DNA of 64,000 bases from Octopus vulgaris (lineage: Eukaryota), in the NCBI GenBank assembly GCA_951406725.2, contig OX597815.1:30380001-30444000 (forward strand), given 5' to 3'. Shown here piece by piece: positions 12,356 to 26,704 of the stretch; position 1 is the stretch's first letter; the number at the start of each line of letters is the position of its first letter. Below the pieces are notes generated by a model that had not been told where the DNA came from, ran no database searches, and worked only from the letters and a program-made list of their open reading frames with translations. The translations under genes were made by a program, and so were the position numbers.

Positions 12356-12560
12356 TTAACCCCTTTGTTATTGTATTTATTTTGAGATGCTCTGTATCTC
12401 TCTCAATTACTTTAAATATAACAAAGAATTTAGTAAAATAACTTAGTTATCATTAAGCTGGTGTTAGAAACATAAATTGTGACTAAGATTTGGTGGGCGA
12501 TTTTAATTAAAAACTTATGAAAGTAAGACATTTGTACTACAGAGCCAGAGTCGGTTTCCC
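12356..12560. mobile_element. Possible piggyBac-type MITE end
   Basis: Begins TTAA-CCCCTTT; no matching opposite end found. Confidence 0.3.
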
Positions 12561-12794
12561 TAAATCTGGGAGTCATGTGCGTGCGAGTTTTTCAACACAT
12601 CATCTGCAAGTAGGTGTTCTTCGAAGGCGAAATGCAAAGAGTGATTTAACATTTAGTTTCAAATCTACCGGAATGCATTAAAAATGTATATGTACATCAT
12701 CATTTTCTGTCTCACTGTTGGCTGTAGTCTAATGACTGAAACAAGTAAAAGCTATAAAGAATATCCCGACATGTACAAATGGAATCCTCCACTT

Positions 12795-13795
12795 ACACAA
12801 TACACACACACATACGCGCCAAAAGACATACACACACATATAGACACACGCATATATACACATACACCCACCCACACATGCACTCTCACACACTCATACG
12901 CATACACACACGTAGCCATACACACACACACATAAGTCCTCCTCACACACACTCATACGCAAATATATACAGACACATACACTCATATGCACGCACACAT
13001 GCTCATATTTACACCCATACACGCCCTTAGATTTATACTCATACACACACTCTCACACATACGCGCACTTTCACACGCACACCCTCCAACAAATACCAAT
13101 AACACCATCAACGCACTTTCACACGCACACACATAAACACACACACACACACACCAATACGCACATACACATTCTCACTTCGTCATATGCACATATGTAA
13201 ACACAGCCACACCCACACATACTTTTAATCTCAACTGTCGCCACAGACCTGCTCGATGATTGACACAAACACAAACACATACGTTTACTGATACTACCAC
13301 ACACGCACGCACACAGACATTACCACATACACACACACTACTCACACAAACACAAACACACACGCACACAGATACTACCACACTCACACACAATACTTAA
13401 ACAAACACGCACACACGCACACAGACACTACCACATACACACATACTACTCACACAAACACAAACACACACGCACAAATATACTACCACACTCACACATA
13501 CTACTTAAACAAACACGCACACAGACACTAGCACATACACACATACTACTCACACAAACACACATACTACTCACACATACACACACGCACACAGATACTA
13601 CCACACTCACACACACTACTTAAACAAACACGCACACAGACACTACCACATACACACATACTACTCACACAAACACAAACACACACGTACACAAATACTA
13701 GCACACACTCATACACAATAAACTACCCACACAAACACACACACAGCTGCTACCGTACACACACATAGACACACACGCTCACACACACATACATA
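12795..13795. repeat. CA-rich field with a ~100-bp higher-order tandem unit (13289-13745)
   Basis: Recurrent cacagacactaccacatacacacatactactcacacaaacacaaac...tacttaaacaaacacgca blocks. Confidence 0.85.
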
Positions 13796-13879
13796 CTGAA
13801 CATCTTCAGACTCTCCTGTCCCCCAAAAGCTACTTTACCACTTTCTTCTTTCAGTCACTTCACCAATGTAAACTATACA

Positions 13880-14050
13880 TGTGCCGTTGGTGATATATTT
13901 TCCTTCTTTGGACTTATCCCTTTCTCCGTTCCGAGGAAGTGCTATGCTCGAAACGTCAAACTCTCTCCTTTCACCGAGCGTCGAGCTAATACATATTTGT
14001 GCACCTCCTCAGATTGTCCGTTTTCATTCGTTTATTTGAATTGTTTTTTT
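13880..14050 (+). mobile_element. Diverged Penelope-type terminal repeat with mutated hammerhead core
   Basis: ccgaggaagtgctatgctcgaaacgtc, similar to the 14087-14275 copy in the opposite orientation. Confidence 0.5.
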
Positions 14051-14086
14051 ATCTGACTTGTCTATATGTATGTATATATATATATA

Positions 14087-14275
14087 GTTAATCCAAACAT
14101 GAAAACACAAAGAGAAAACACAACAACGCGAGGACGTGGAACAAGTATAGTGTTATTGGATGCTCAGGAAGGAAAGAGAGAATGATTATTTAACGTTTCG
14201 AGCGGGGCTCTTCGTCAGAAACATAGAAAGAGGAAAGATCCAAAGAAGGGAAGACGGAGGAAAAAATCGCCAACG
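14087..14275 (-). mobile_element. Penelope-type terminal repeat fragment with minimal hammerhead core
   Basis: Minus strand CTGACGA-AGAGC ccc GCTC-GAAACGTT at about 14192-14218; ends in (TA)n; homologous to 15330-15501. Confidence 0.65.
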
Positions 14276-14335
14276 ATACACACCCTGTCACGCACGCACA
14301 CACACACAGATATTATTATTATTATTATTATTATT

Positions 14336-14652
14336 GAGTGAGAGAGCAGTTCATGCTATCAAAGTGACACTGGGGTAAAATATACGAAGCCCAATATACC
14401 CATCATGACTACCCGTCTGATAAGGGTACACTAGGCACATGCATCATAACCATATGTGCGCGACATGGTGATCTCATATCAAGATAAACAGCACATGACC
14501 TTGCAGGTGGGGCCCAGTTAGGATTTTTTTCAGGTTGAGTAGACCATCCTGCTCAAAAGGTCCCTGAATAAGGGTTGTTTAAGGATGTTGAAAGAACCAC
14601 CCATGTTTCCAGAGGTGAATTATTCAAATCCCAAAGAATCCCTCTGAACACA

Positions 14653-14654
<2 letters not shown>
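14336..14654 (-). mobile_element. Family C non-coding element, 5'-truncated, inside an (ATT)n tract
   Basis: Reverse complement of the 3' part of 60714-61253; (ATT)n on both sides. Confidence 0.85.
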
Positions 14655-14736
<82 letters not shown>

Positions 14737-15239
14737 CATTTCTAAGTCTTTCTAAAGGAGACTACGGCAGCGGTACTAGATATTAATAGTTATCGCCAAG
14801 TTAATATGGCAGTCCATATATATAGAACGAAAGCTGCCATTGATTAGCTCCAAGAGGACATCGCCTCTAGCTAGCTATATAACATACATATATATGTATG
14901 TATAGTAAAATAAAGATTCAGATAGAATCGGGTGCTTGAAAACATATGCGCCAGGTTGGGTTTGATAAACCTGTGGTTCCGGCCTATGGTTGGTAAGTAT
15001 CATATAGGATATTCTTGTTGTGTACACAGGGAAAAACAACCCTATGAGTATTTAGCGTCTAGGGACTGGTCTAAATCACGCGTTACGTTGACTTGTACGC
15101 TGTTGGTATAATCTAGAGTGTCTGACAAGTCGTGAATCCCCTTGGTGTATCATAATAATCAAATGAATAATAATAACAGACGATGGATAATTGTCAGCTG
15201 ACAATTATCGATCGTCTGTTATTATTCATTTGATTATAC

Positions 15240-15317
<78 letters not shown>

Positions 15318-15329
15318 CCGCGTGTGAAC

Positions 15330-15496
15330 CGTTGGCGATGTTCTCTCTCCGTCTTCCCTTCCTTGGACCTTTCCTTTTTCTATGTTTCTGCTTGAAACGT
15401 TAAATCCTCCTTTCTTTCCTTTTCTAAGCGTCCAATAACACTATACTTGTTCCACGTCATAGCGTTGTTGTGTTTTCTCTTTGTTCATGTTTGAAT

Positions 15497-15501
<5 letters not shown>
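15330..15501 (+). mobile_element. Penelope-type terminal repeat fragment (hammerhead core deleted)
   Basis: Inverted homolog of 14087-14275; lies between (TG)n and (TA)n. Confidence 0.65.
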
Positions 15502-15571
<70 letters not shown>

Positions 15572-15779
15572 GTATGTGCGTGTATGTATGTGTGTATTTG
15601 TGTGTAAGATATGTTTAAACGTAATATTTCGTACGCCTACTCTGTTCATCAGTGAAAGTAGAAATGAAATATTACGTGTGATATTAAATCCGAAATCAGT
15701 TGTAATTTTCACTGAGCCGATAGAAAAAAATGTCCCGTGTTTTACTTACGATTTGCCTTGTGCATATTGACAAGCAGCA

Positions 15780-16215
15780 CGGCAGCGAGCTGGCAGAATC
15801 GTTAGCACGCCGGGTGAGATGCTTAGCGGTATTTCGTCTACCGCTACGTTCTGAGTTCAAATTCCGCAGAGGTCGACTTTGCCTTTCATCCTTTTGGGGT
15901 CGATAAATTAAGTACCATTTACGCACTGGGGTCGATGTAATCGACTTAATCCGTTTGTCTGTCCTTGTTTGTCCCCTCTGTGTTTAGCCCATTGTGGGCA
16001 ATAAAGAAATAAGTGTAGTTAGCTTACCGGGCAAAATGTTTAGCGATATTTTGTCCGTCTTTATGTTCTGAGTTAAAATTCCGCTGTGGTCGACTTTGCC
16101 TTTCATCCTTTCGGAATCGATAAAATAAACACCAGTCGAGAACTAGGGTTGATGTAATCGATTTACTCATTCTCCCGAAATTTCTGGCTTTGTACCAAAA
16201 ATCTGAAACCAATAA
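15780..16215 (+). mobile_element. SINE family A (15780-16012) followed by an older A-variant copy
   Basis: Full head, core and tail, then a second core ending in tctggctttgtaccaaaa. Confidence 0.88.
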
Positions 16216-18349
16216 CAAGCAGGCCTTCTTGCAATTTTGCAGTAAATAAACCAGTAATGATTATTATTCTAGATTATTTTATAGGCGGTGTTCTTAAATA
16301 TTGAAGCTACATCATCCAATAAGCAAGCATTATATTCTGATATAAAAAAAAAACCCATCATGTCTTATGTGTGTTCCATGTTGCAAGAGTATTGCACTAT
16401 CTTCCACTTAAATATTCTCCAGAGCAACACAATCTATTCTAATAAATATTAAGATAAAAACATTCTGCATGCATTTACATATGTATAAATATGGTGTTTT
16501 TGAGGTTGTATATTACGTATAAATTAGCGTGGTGAACAGAATGAAAGGAAGTCAATGCCTTAGAGAGAAATCTAATTATTAAGTGTTGTATTCTATTCGT
16601 ATCAGAATTTCTTCTACCAGCTACAACAATTTTAATACTGCTTTCCAACATACTACTTAACGAGATATATTTGAAATTTCAATAATTTCCCTAAATGTTG
16701 TAAAAAACAAAAACGTCCCATAATTTAACTGTTCTGCTTTTATAAATCTGTGGCTTTCTACCTAAGTAAGAAATCAAAGTTTAAAGTTTCTTTATGAAAC
16801 CAGACAAATTAATTTTTCGATCTGTTGCTAAATCCAGTTAAAGCATCAGGCGTGTAAAATACACGAAATGTGTCCTGGATATTTTCTGGAAGTTACCAAA
16901 ACATCTTTCATCAAGGATGAAAAAAATATGTAACTTTAAAAAAAATGTATATATATTTAAAGAGAGAAAGACCATAAACAACTCATAAGATATCATAAAT
17001 CAGGCTGAGGAGTGTAACAGATGGGTTTAGTGAAAGATTCAGAGAAAATAGGTCGAAATTGCTTTACCATATCGTCTTGATAGCTTCTCTATTTGTGGAA
17101 CGAGAAAAAACATTCCCTGAGATTGTTTATTTTAAAGCCTGCCTCATATTTGTTGTGAAAGGGATGCCATATTCAACGCTACGGCTAACTTCAGCAACTA
17201 GAATGAAATGTAATAATTAACCGCAAACCAAAAAAAGAAAAAAAAAAAATCCCCGATTCTAATTTGTGATAATGGTTTTTCTGTTTCCATTCCGAACTGA
17301 AGTTTTGTCAGTCAATAACTTTCCATCAACAAGCCATATTGTAATTAGTTTGTTGGTGATAGGATTTGGTCTAAAATAACAACAAGCCTAATGATAATAG
17401 TCATAAAATACTAGCAATGCTAATAACGCCTTACCCAATCAAAGTATCTTCCCTATTGTGTTGACACGTTTATAAATCGAATCTGTATCCAACAATTTCT
17501 CATTTTCCTCGGCTAAGCAAACACCTGGTCCATCATTATACAATTCCCATACGTTCCTATGATATTTACCCGCATGAAACAATTCAATAGGGCTTTATTT
17601 TTTATCTTTTCATAATTTTTGTGCAAATATTGACCTCGACCTGCCCATTTGTTTCGTTGTTCATCGTAGAATAGACAAAGAGAAATCTCAACACTAAACA
17701 ACAGCAAATTAACAACGTAAACTTCTCAACATACCATTGCAGTCATTCACTGGGTGGCCTACTATGTCATAGAGTGAACCAGAACTTCTCTTTTCTAAAA
17801 ATTCGATTTCCCTTTCTAAGATAGAAAGTCATACAAAACTATAAATGAAATCTATTATAAAAATAATACATCTGTAATATAGTTTGATAATATCGAGGCT
17901 TCTATACTTTCATTAAAAATATCAAAACTAATACCTCTAATTTTAGTATTAGCTTCAAGCTATGATATTAATTCATTTCATTGATCTAATGGTAAGCTAT
18001 ATGTTCGGTTTCCCACTAGCTCTGCACTTCAGCATCTCCACAAGTTTGATCTCGAAGACAGATATATATTATGACTATTAGTTTTCAGGTTTTAAATAAC
18101 AATAGTGGGAAAAAACTCCAAATAAACAATTACATACTATCATGTTTGGTAAGCCAATATTTAGCGTGGTATACTTCCAGTGAACGGAATAATCGGATGG
18201 TTTGACTTAATTTTCTAACTGAATTAGCTTCTTTTTTTCTGTCTTATTACAGAAGACTGCCACAACTTTACATTTCCTCTTCCGTCAGAATTTAGACATC
18301 ATTAAAATTTCTTTTGAAAATCGCTTTTGCAAGAAGGAACAAGTTTCAG

Positions 18350-18398
<49 letters not shown>

Positions 18399-18447
18399 TT
18401 TGATTTTCCATGGGTAATAAATGAAGTTTTAATGAAGGCAAGTAGCC

Positions 18448-18598
18448 TCCGTCGAGGTCGACTTTGCTTTTCATCCTTTCGGGGTCGATTAACTAAGTAC
18501 CAGTTACGCACTGGTGTCGATGTAATCGATTTAACACCTTTGTCTTTCCTTGTTTGTTCCCTCTATGTTTAGCTCCCTGTGGGCAATAAAGAAATAAA
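18448..18598 (+). mobile_element. 5'-truncated SINE family A
   Basis: ccgtcgaggtcgactttgc...ggcaataaagaaata. Confidence 0.88.
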
Positions 18599-19628
18599 TA
18601 TTTTGAACCTTAGTTAAAGATATTTATCCAGCAATTCTTTGTTGACGGCATCTAGCCATAAATATGTTTTACCCTTTGATGAAGGTGTATAACCAGTAAT
18701 AACTTGACCCATTTTTGAAGATATATGGTTGGCCTTCGTCGGTGGCTGACGCTATTAAGTAGACAGTAATTCAACCAGATCTGCTGCGCCTAGGTTGTTT
18801 CCAGTTGCAAGTGCTTAATCTCAAGTAGACTTACCACTTCTGAACATCTGGATCCTCTAGGTGGGTAAAAGAAGCTAGTAAGTGCGCAATATCCATCGAA
18901 CCGTAGGGATATTGGTTAATTATATTAGTACATACCTGCTTTAGGGACCCTTCCAGATTTTTTGTAGGGGATTACGCCCATAGACTTTTGAAATGCTCAG
19001 TAAATTACCATACATGGTAGGAAGTATTCATGGTTTGTGAAGATCCTGTCGCACTCGCTCGTCCTTCATGCTTCTAATGGTCTGGAGCTGCTAAAGAGCT
19101 GAAGGTCCTCATCTACCATTCTGTGAGCGACCTTCTTCCGGAGACGATCCGTGAATTGCTAATTTGCAAATTAACCCATAGTTGGGACGTTAATAGATAT
19201 TTCTAATCTGAGTAGGAATAAATATAGGAAAAATAGTGGCTAAGAGGTAGTTATTCTCTCGTTAAAATCCTGGAATTCCCGAACCAGGTTCCACAACCGG
19301 ACACAATTTAATGTCACACTCAGGAGGACTTCAATCTACCGGCATGACTTTAAAAAATTTATATCATAGTTCTAGCCTATGGGGGCTAATTCAAGGCTAT
19401 ACAATATCAATAAAATTGAAAAACTGACTTTAAAATCTGACTTCTAGCTGTACGCAACAGTTTACCGAGGTGATGGCTATTACGGTGCAAGTGTTTTTAC
19501 TTTAACAGCAAGATTTTTCTTGGTTGGAGATGTTTACATAAGTAATTAAGTAGAATAGACAAGGACAAGCCGAGGTAAAATTAAGGCATCATTCTATCCC
19601 CTCAACCTCATTATCTATGAAAACTGGT

Positions 19629-20095
19629 AATCATGCACATTGTTTTGTCTTGGTATAAAAGATGGGCTACAGCAAATATTCTACTCAGTACCACAGATTT
19701 GCTCGTCAGTTGTTTGACCTTAATCAGTTGACCATGTCCCTTAGTGGCTGACGATATGTGCATCTCTAATCACGAGCAGAAGTAGTGGAGGAGCATCATG
19801 GCCATGTGTTGAGAGGGATTATTTGGGGTTTGATAAATTCACCTTTGGAAACATGGGTGTTTCGTTCAACATCCTTAAACAACCCTTATTCAAGAACCTT
19901 TTGAGCGGGATAGGTTACTCGACCAGAAGAAAATTCTAACTGGGCCCCACCTGCAAGGTCATGTGCTGTTTATCTTGATATGAGATCACCCTGTGCCTAA
20001 TGTACTCTTATCAGACGGGTAGTCATGATGGGTATACTGGGCTTCGTATATCTTACCCCAGTGTCACTTTGATGGCATGCACTGCTCTCTCAATC
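19629..20095 (+). mobile_element. Family C non-coding element followed by (AAT)n/(AAC)n
   Basis: Colinear with 60714-61253. Confidence 0.85.
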
Positions 20096-20110
20096 AATAA
20101 TAATATTATT

Positions 20111-20160
<50 letters not shown>

Positions 20161-20379
20161 CAATAATAATAACAACAACAACAATGACAACAAGAACAAC
20201 AACAATGATAATAATAAATATTATTATTATTTTATTATTAGAAGTCAAATAATAGTCCGTGGAAAACAGATTTCAATAGGTTGATGACCAAGTAAACTGG
20301 TATTTACTCCCCCATCCAGCTGCTTGCTTCCGGTAACAAGCACCACTTATCTACCTACACTACCTACAAATACTACTGC

Positions 20380-20484
20380 CTTACCTACCTACCTACCTAC
20401 CTACCTACCTACCTACCTACCTACCTACCTACCTACCTACCTACCTACCTATCTACCTACCTACCTACCTACATACCTACCTAC

Positions 20485-20574
<90 letters not shown>

Positions 20575-21147
20575 CTATCTATCTATATATCTATCAACCT
20601 CGCTATCAACAATGAATTAGTGTATTATTTCACCTGTCTGTCTCTTTATATTTACATGTATAAATTTGTCTGTACATATGTATGAATATATACACGAATA
20701 AAGAAATACATAGTACATACATACATATATACATATAAATAGAGAGATAGATAGATAAATAGATAGGTTAAAAAATAGATAGGTAGATAGATATACACAT
20801 AAACATATATGCATATGCATATGTGTAAAGATATATACTTCTTTTCACATATACATACACCAATTCCAACATACGCACACTCACGCATATGCGGGCCAAC
20901 AAAAACACAAATGTGTACACTAACACATATGTAGAACATATAAATACAGAAGAATATATCTTTATGGTCACTGGAATTCTATGTCATACAAACAATGGTA
21001 CAATGTATTGTTAAACATTGGTGTCAGGGGCTAACCACTTACGACAACGCCAAGGAGTTTTTATTGCAAAATTCTGAAACAACAATGGTTTATTTACTTT
21101 CCAAAATAACTGGTATTCTATCTATCTATCTATCAATCTATCCATCC

Positions 21148-21224
<77 letters not shown>

Positions 21225-21330
21225 GTTACCTATCTGTCTGCCTGTCTGTCTGTCTGCTAGTCTGTTTGTCTGTTCGTCCGTCCGTCTGTCTGTCTGCCTG
21301 TCTGCCTGTCTGTCTGTCTATTTGGCAGTG
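20380..21330. repeat. (TACC)n, (TATC)n and (TGTC)n tetranucleotide arrays
   Basis: Directly visible at 20380-20595 and 21117-21320. Confidence 0.95.
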
Positions 21331-22277
21331 TGTGCATCTCTGTCAGTCTGTGTCTATCTATTTATCTATCTATGTATATATGCGTCTATACGCACACACA
21401 CATACATAAATACACACACACGCACACACATATATATAAATATAGATATATACGTGTGTTTGTGCTCGTATGAGTGTGTGTATAACAGTGGATTATGTAG
21501 ATCATATAGTAAATAAGTGCTCAATACATATTGTAGAACATTTTATTTTATCTCATGACGCAATCTTTCTGCCAGTGTGATCTTCAGGTGAGAGATGTTA
21601 CGAAAAATCTTAACAGTTCTTGTCTGAAGATAGAAGTGACAATTTAGTTTCAATAACCTGCTGTATCTTTCTCTGTTTCCTCTCTCATACTCGCTCTCTA
21701 ACTCTCTCTCTATATATATATGTATTTGTGTGTGTGTGTTTGTGTGTGTGTTGAGTGTGTATTTGTATGTGCGTATGTATGCTTGTGTGTCTATGCATAA
21801 AGTTATGACCCTATTTTTCATTCCCTTTCTACAGAGCTCTTTTTGTGACATCATTAAAATCTGAGGTTTACACTGGATATAATATCAAAACGGAGTTAAA
21901 TTTTTTTCTAATGTGACATAGGTCGGTCTGATTTCACTTGTTGATAGAATAACTCTTCCAATATAGTAACTCCTCATCCTGTTCTTCATTGCAGAAAATT
22001 GCTGGATCACAAGATGTTGACGAAAGAAGGATGCAGGGTGCCTGACATCAACAGCAGTCTAGAGGTGGCTTAAAAAGATGACTCAATTGATAAAATCAAT
22101 GTGCACAAATGAATAAAGAGTCTTAGAGAAGAGGCAATAGGTATTGAAGAATGACCAAGCAGAGGGCGTCAATGATCCCGTGACTTCAGACACGGATCAT
22201 CAGCGAAAGGCTAAACTGATTCGCACATACAGACGATACAGACAAATTACAATCAGTGAGTGGGCATACACACACAT

Positions 22278-22392
22278 CTATGTATGTATGTATGTATGTA
22301 TGTATGTATGTATGTATGTATGTATGCATGTATGCATGTATGTATGTATGTATGTATGTATGTATGTATGTATGTATGTATGTATGTATGTG
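22278..22392. repeat. (TATG)n microsatellite
   Basis: Directly visible. Confidence 0.97.
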
Positions 22393-22669
22393 TGCGCGCA
22401 CGTGCATATAATATAAATTCAAACTACTATATACGTTCACACTGTGAAAACACGACGAGCAGACAAGGTTCTATAGCGTGCTGTATGTTTCCAAGCAATC
22501 TTTCAGCGTCAAATATAAGACAAAGCTGGTCTTTGAGGAAAAAAACAATGAAGAAACAAGAAGCTGCTATTGGACCAGCCTCTGTCTCTCGGCAATCACA
22601 ACTTGGAAAAAGCGCTTGGTGAGACCTGCGAGGGATGGCTTTCGTGTTGGAGTAGGAGCTGTATAAAAC

Positions 22670-22835
22670 TTTCTCTGAACGCATGTTCTTTTATCTTTCA
22701 ATCTATACCCCCCTCTGAAATTCACACACTTATAGTAGCGATCCTTGAGTTTTTCTCAGTCTTGAAAAAGAACTCAGGAAAGGTGGGCCTGCAACCAGCT
22801 TTTTAAAATACTCTAAAAGCCAGGAACTTTTCGTA
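22670..22835 (-). mobile_element. Short mariner-derived non-autonomous element
   Basis: Minus strand TIR-like tacgaaaagttcctggcttt, then EFFFKTEKKLKDRYYKCVNFRGG, resembling the mariner C-terminal KL..RW.KC...G.Y motif. Confidence 0.55.
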
Positions 22836-22952
22836 TACATATATATCTGCACATTATGCAGATTATGATTTTATACATATTAGCATATATGTATGCATTA
22901 TACGTATCTACATATATATATATATATATGGAGAACATATATATATATATAT

Positions 22953-23198
22953 GCAGACGCAGTCGTGTCTGTGTGGTAAGAAGCTTGCTTCCCACCCACG
23001 TCTGTGTTTGACAATCGGTGTTGGTGTGTTTATGTCCCCGTAACTTAGCGAGTGAGTAAAAGTGTGTGATATAATAAGTGCTAGTCTCACAAAAAATAAG
23101 TCCTGGGGTAGAATTATTCGACTAAAAAAACACTTTAACGCGGTGCTCCAGCATGGCCACAGTCAAATAACTGAAACATTTAAAAGAATAAAAGAATA
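22953..23198 (+). mobile_element. SINE family B, internally deleted
   Basis: Head gtgtggtaagaagcttgcttcc joined directly to the 3' half (tatgtccccgtaacttagcg...ggtgctccagcatggcc...aaaagaata). Confidence 0.85.
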
Positions 23199-23703
23199 TA
23201 TATATATGCATAAAAATTGAGAGAACTAGAATCGTAGTGTGCTACTGCGTTAGATTCTACGCATTTCATTTCGTTTTTCGTCTCATACTTGACATATCAT
23301 TTATCATATATAGCTATTGTGTTACTAACTGTCTTTCTTGTTAAGTGTAGTGGCGAGGAGCGACATATTGTTTATTCTAAAATATATACGTCATTTTTTT
23401 TTCATTGTCACTACCACATTCATTTGTCTAACGATAAGTAAAAATATCATAATGTTATTATAGACAAAATTATTTTCGTTTAGATTCTTTCGAATTTAGA
23501 TAGATAATCTTTTCAGTGTACATACTCAAAGAAGATTTTATCGACACTGCTCTTTCATAAAATCCATCACTCTGTCACCATACACGATGGAATTTTTTTG
23601 TTATTTTTGTCAGAATGTTTCAGAAAAGACGATAGTGAAATACAAACAGAAAGTAACATGATACACATACATACATACATACATACATACATACATACAT
23701 ACA

Positions 23704-23735
<32 letters not shown>

Positions 23736-23855
23736 AATATACATGTATGTATGTGTGTATATGTTTATATATATACATATATTAGGCAAAAAATATGACC
23801 AACGCCAGATACAACAATATATATATATATGTGTGTGTGTGTAAATATATATAAA

Positions 23856-23897
<42 letters not shown>

Positions 23898-24429
23898 TGT
23901 GTATGTATGTATTTATGTATGTATGTATATATTATAGAGTAGATCAAGTGAATACACAAAAAATATGAATAGCGTTTAACTTAAGTTTCAAACGGTATGA
24001 ATATTGTGTAGACATAAAATGTAGACAAAACTCTCAATCAAATATCTGCAAACTGCAATATGTAAACACTTAGATATCTATGTATGGATGTATTTACTCA
24101 ACTGTGTTTTGTCTTCATTTCACGTGCTCATCGATATATAAGTGTCCATAGAGAAGCCGTTGAGAAAAGACCTCTGATAGAGATGACAGCCTACTCTTAC
24201 ACACAATCATATCCTTTAGCCGTAGGGAAAAGAAATTTCACAAACGGAAGGCTGGACAATCATAGAACGAACAACTGCTGGATAAAAAGGAGGAGATTTA
24301 GAAACGAAAGGCATCATCATAGGCACTCGTATTAATACGCAAGAGATGTTTCACAAATAAATACAGTCATTAATACGCATTAATGAGTATTTACATGCAC
24401 ACATACGCATATAGCGTTATTGCTAGAAA

Positions 24430-24960
24430 GGAAGATACTGAGGCAGATGTCAACTACAGAACTGAGCGTACAGAGGCGGTGTTCAGGAAAATATACAAAA
24501 TCTGAACCAGTACTTTGATTAACCATCATATGAAGTTACTGATGTACCAGAGCATTGCTCTGTGAACCACAACTGACGCGGGTGTAGCTTGGAAAATGAC
24601 TGCACAGATCACTCAGAACTTGAATGAATTCCACTAAATGTGTCGACGAAGAACATTCAAGATCACTAAACAAGGACAATTAGAAACTCTGATGTCCCGA
24701 GAAAAATCAATCTGCACAGCCTGCCTGCAGGGAATTGTGGAGGAAAGAATAGTTAGACTTCCAGGTAGGAAAATACCCAAGACAGTTTGTGCAATGTGTA
24801 ACACCAGAGGGACGAAGGAGGGGAGGGGCCCAAGAAGACATGTCGCGCCACCTAGGAAGAAAACTTAAAGCAGCTTAGAATCATGTAGGAAGATGCAGGA
24901 GAGTGGATGATTGGAAATGTTTTGTTGCCCGATCTACAGTTCAACTACGCAGTAGGAACT
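24430..24960 (+). pseudogene. Decayed RTE-type LINE 3' remnant
   Basis: TEADVNYR...MKLLMYQSI...WKMT...FH*MCRRRTFKI...KIPKTV...R.RG.P.KT-like C-terminal motifs. Confidence 0.65.
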
Positions 24961-25557
24961 AAAGCGAAGGTTAAGATTCACATATACAGAATGATAAATT
25001 GTGTCGAAGATCATAGGACCTTGACTAACCCATACGCACAGTAATTTCTTCTCGGAACCCTCAGGGATTCATCGCTGAACATGTTTTTTTTTTTTGCAGC
25101 AGTCGACTTGCAACTGTTCATGAGGAACATTAACTGCGTTGATGACCTGGGATATAGAAGGGTGTGTGGAAGCTACGGAATCAAAATCTTTCTCAAAAAA
25201 AAAAAAAAATACAAACAAACATGGTGAATATGTTGCTCAATGAAATCAAACTCCGCACCCCGTGATTGTAAGGTGAACGTCTTACATCTCACTTCCATGT
25301 CTGTTCATATGATCTCAGCATAGGAGAAAGACATCCTCACATTTATAATAGCACGCACCAAGTTTTAAGATCGTTTTTAATGAATCCCAACACGTATTAT
25401 ACAGCTCATGCCTGGATTATGTTACGAAATATATTGCATGTTAATATGATGTTTAGAGTGATGGCACTACTTTCAATACGTGAAGATCATTTAAAGAAAC
25501 CGGCTTGTAGTTTTATGCTAGAAGTTGATTAAATTCAAAGTAGGTCAACTTAAGATT

Positions 25558-25818
25558 GTGGAGGCGCGTGGCTTAGTGGTTAGGGTGTCAGCACCATGAT
25601 CGCAAGATTGTGGTTCGATTACTGGACCGGGCGACGCGTTGTGTTCTTGAGCAAAACACTTTATTTCATGTTGCTCCAGTTCACTCAGCTGGCAAAAAGG
25701 ATTAACGCTGCGATGGACTGGCGTCCCGTCCAGCTGGAGAACACATACGCCATAGAAACCGGGAAACCGGGCCTATGAACGTGGCTAGGCTTTAAAAGGG
25801 CGCATTTATTTTTATTTT
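25558..25818 (+). mobile_element. tRNA-derived SINE family D with TSD
   Basis: A box tggcttagtgg, B box ggttcgatt, CORE-like tgtgttcttgagcaaaacacttta, gcgatggactggcgtcccgtccag block, (TTTTTA) tail; TSD tcaacttaagatt (25545-25557) / tcaacctaagatt (25819-25831). Confidence 0.88.
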
Positions 25819-25971
25819 TCAACCTAAGATTCATGAGTAGTACATGTTTACTATTTAATGTAAGTGAAACGTGAAGATTCAGATGTGGTTACATGAGAGG
25901 AGTGTGGTCACATGACAGCATAACTCAAAGGTGTCAAGTAGAATATCGACAATATCCTGACATTTTTATTC

Positions 25972-26002
<31 letters not shown>

Positions 26003-26704
26003 TTCTTTCTCTCTGTACCACTTTCTCCGCTTCTGTCTCTATCTTTTCTCCTCTTTCTCTCTCTATCTTTCTCCTCTTTCTCTCTCATAGCAAGACATAC
26101 TTGCTATGTCTACACGTTTTAAATGGTTGAAAATGTAAAACTTGAACACATATATATATATTTAAGCATACATACATAGGAACATACACATACAAATGCA
26201 CACGCGCAGACACTCACGCGCTCGCGCGCGTACACAAACACACTGAATGCGCGTGCATTATTTTAAAATAGTATGCATACATTTTTCTTCTTTTAAGCTT
26301 CCTCTCTTGTTTTTCAAAACTGGAGTTCTTGGGGATGTATGGTTTTCTTCGCACGGTCAGAATTTTTTCTAAAAATTACTTACACAGATGTAAGTTTTTA
26401 TGCTAATGATGAAAATCACATTCATCTGCATAGAATTTTTGAATAAAAGATACAAACTTTTGAATGCTTGAAATTTTAGCCACATACCGGAAGTCGCTGT
26501 AGTCGTCTGGCAATAAATTTGTTATTTGCTTTCAGTGCAAAACACGAACAGTAATCCCCTGCTATCTACTTCCTGTTGTTTTTTATTCTTTTTTCTTTTG
26601 CTTGATATTTGCACCTGTGCAGCAAGTCATGATTCCTTTTTCTGTTTTTTAATTTTTTTAATTTTACAAATGAGTAGGAGTGGCTGTGTGGTAAGTAGCT
26701 TGCT

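Noticed and set aside
18600-19620. Possible old LINE remnant
   Set aside because: Too decayed; no diagnostic motif recovered by eye.
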